This document shows positions 63,303-64,000 of a stretch of DNA of 64,000 nt, piece by piece; the first letter of the stretch is position 1; each line of letters begins with the position of its first letter. Source of the DNA: Squalus acanthias (taxonomy: Eukaryota); NCBI GenBank assembly GCA_030390025.1, contig CM059431.1, positions 100,380,001 through 100,444,000 of the forward strand. The letters are read 5' to 3'. The position numbers and the translations under genes were made by a program. The notes below the pieces were generated by a model. The model ran no database searches and had not been told where the DNA came from. It was given only the letters and a program-made list of their open reading frames with translations.

Positions 63303-64000
63303 CTGCACAGGTTGTTTAAATAAAAAAAATATAATGCTTCATTAAAAACTGCTGATGGTAAACGGCCAAAAGCCTCACATTTTATGGAAGGCCAACATTC
63401 TCACTCTTCCAGAAAAAAACCAGATGCAGGAAATGACTCGGAGAATTATACACCGAGAGAAAAATCATTACGCAAAATGAGCTCAATGGCATTGGACCAC
63501 CTGAGACCCTTTTTCTTAATTAAATTTGGAAGTTGAACCAAGCAGAAAGGCCCCCACGCTCGATCCTTGCTCTGTGCTGTCTGTGTTAGCTCTCAGCCGG
63601 GACAGGGGGGTAGGGAAGAAACACTGACTAACGTTACCGCTTCTGTGACCTTCTAATGGAAAATGCAAGTGTTGCATGGACACTGGGTGAGAACAGCATT
63701 TAGTGGGCAGCATATCCTGACGCTGCAAGTCCCGGCCAGAATGGAGATGATTGGGTAATTCCCCCATCAATCGCACCTGGAGATCGCGCTGCTGTGAGTG
63801 ACTGGGATCGATTTTACACACAGAATTTGTAACATGTAACTATCCTCCACTCACTGCATTTTGCTGGAGAAATAATCCTCCTGTACTCATAAGAACATAA
63901 GAAATAGGAGCAGGAGTCGGCCATTCGGCCCCTCGAGCCTGCTCCACCATTCAATAAGATCATGGCTGATCTTCGACCTCAACTCCACTTTCCCACCCGA

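Noticed and set aside
63480..63830. Possible ancient SINE-like remnant in the PCCA intron
   Set aside because: Too diverged to assign by eye.

Overview
Vertebrate genomic DNA, most likely from a cartilaginous fish (shark-type repeat landscape). It carries the conserved TMTC4-GGACT-PCCA block. The 3' half of TMTC4 is on + (7 coding exons, 1568-15307; about 110 aa of TPR-coding exons are absent, probably hidden in the 200-N gap at 6952-7151). The GGACT coding exon is on + (57904-58377), with a likely promoter/first exon near 20.0-20.3 kb and a candidate upstream coding exon at 27696-27901. The last two PCCA exons are on - (61924-61992, 63225-63302). Most of the rest is transposon-derived: many CR1 LINE fragments, a near-complete L2-clade ORF2, an RTE LINE, Deu-domain tRNA-SINEs (five with internal 33-bp minisatellite arrays), hAT- and PIF/Harbinger-type MITEs, short Penelope-like insertions carrying minimal hammerhead ribozyme motifs, and a 5S rRNA pseudogene. 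There is no CRISPR or prokaryotic system. The most interesting signals are the hammerhead-bearing elements (including a 261-bp palindrome just upstream of the GGACT splice acceptors), the SINE-internal arrays seeded at a hairpin, and a possible N-terminally extended GGACT isoform. All family names are recognised by eye, not from database searches. Repeat boundaries are approximate unless a TSD is quoted.
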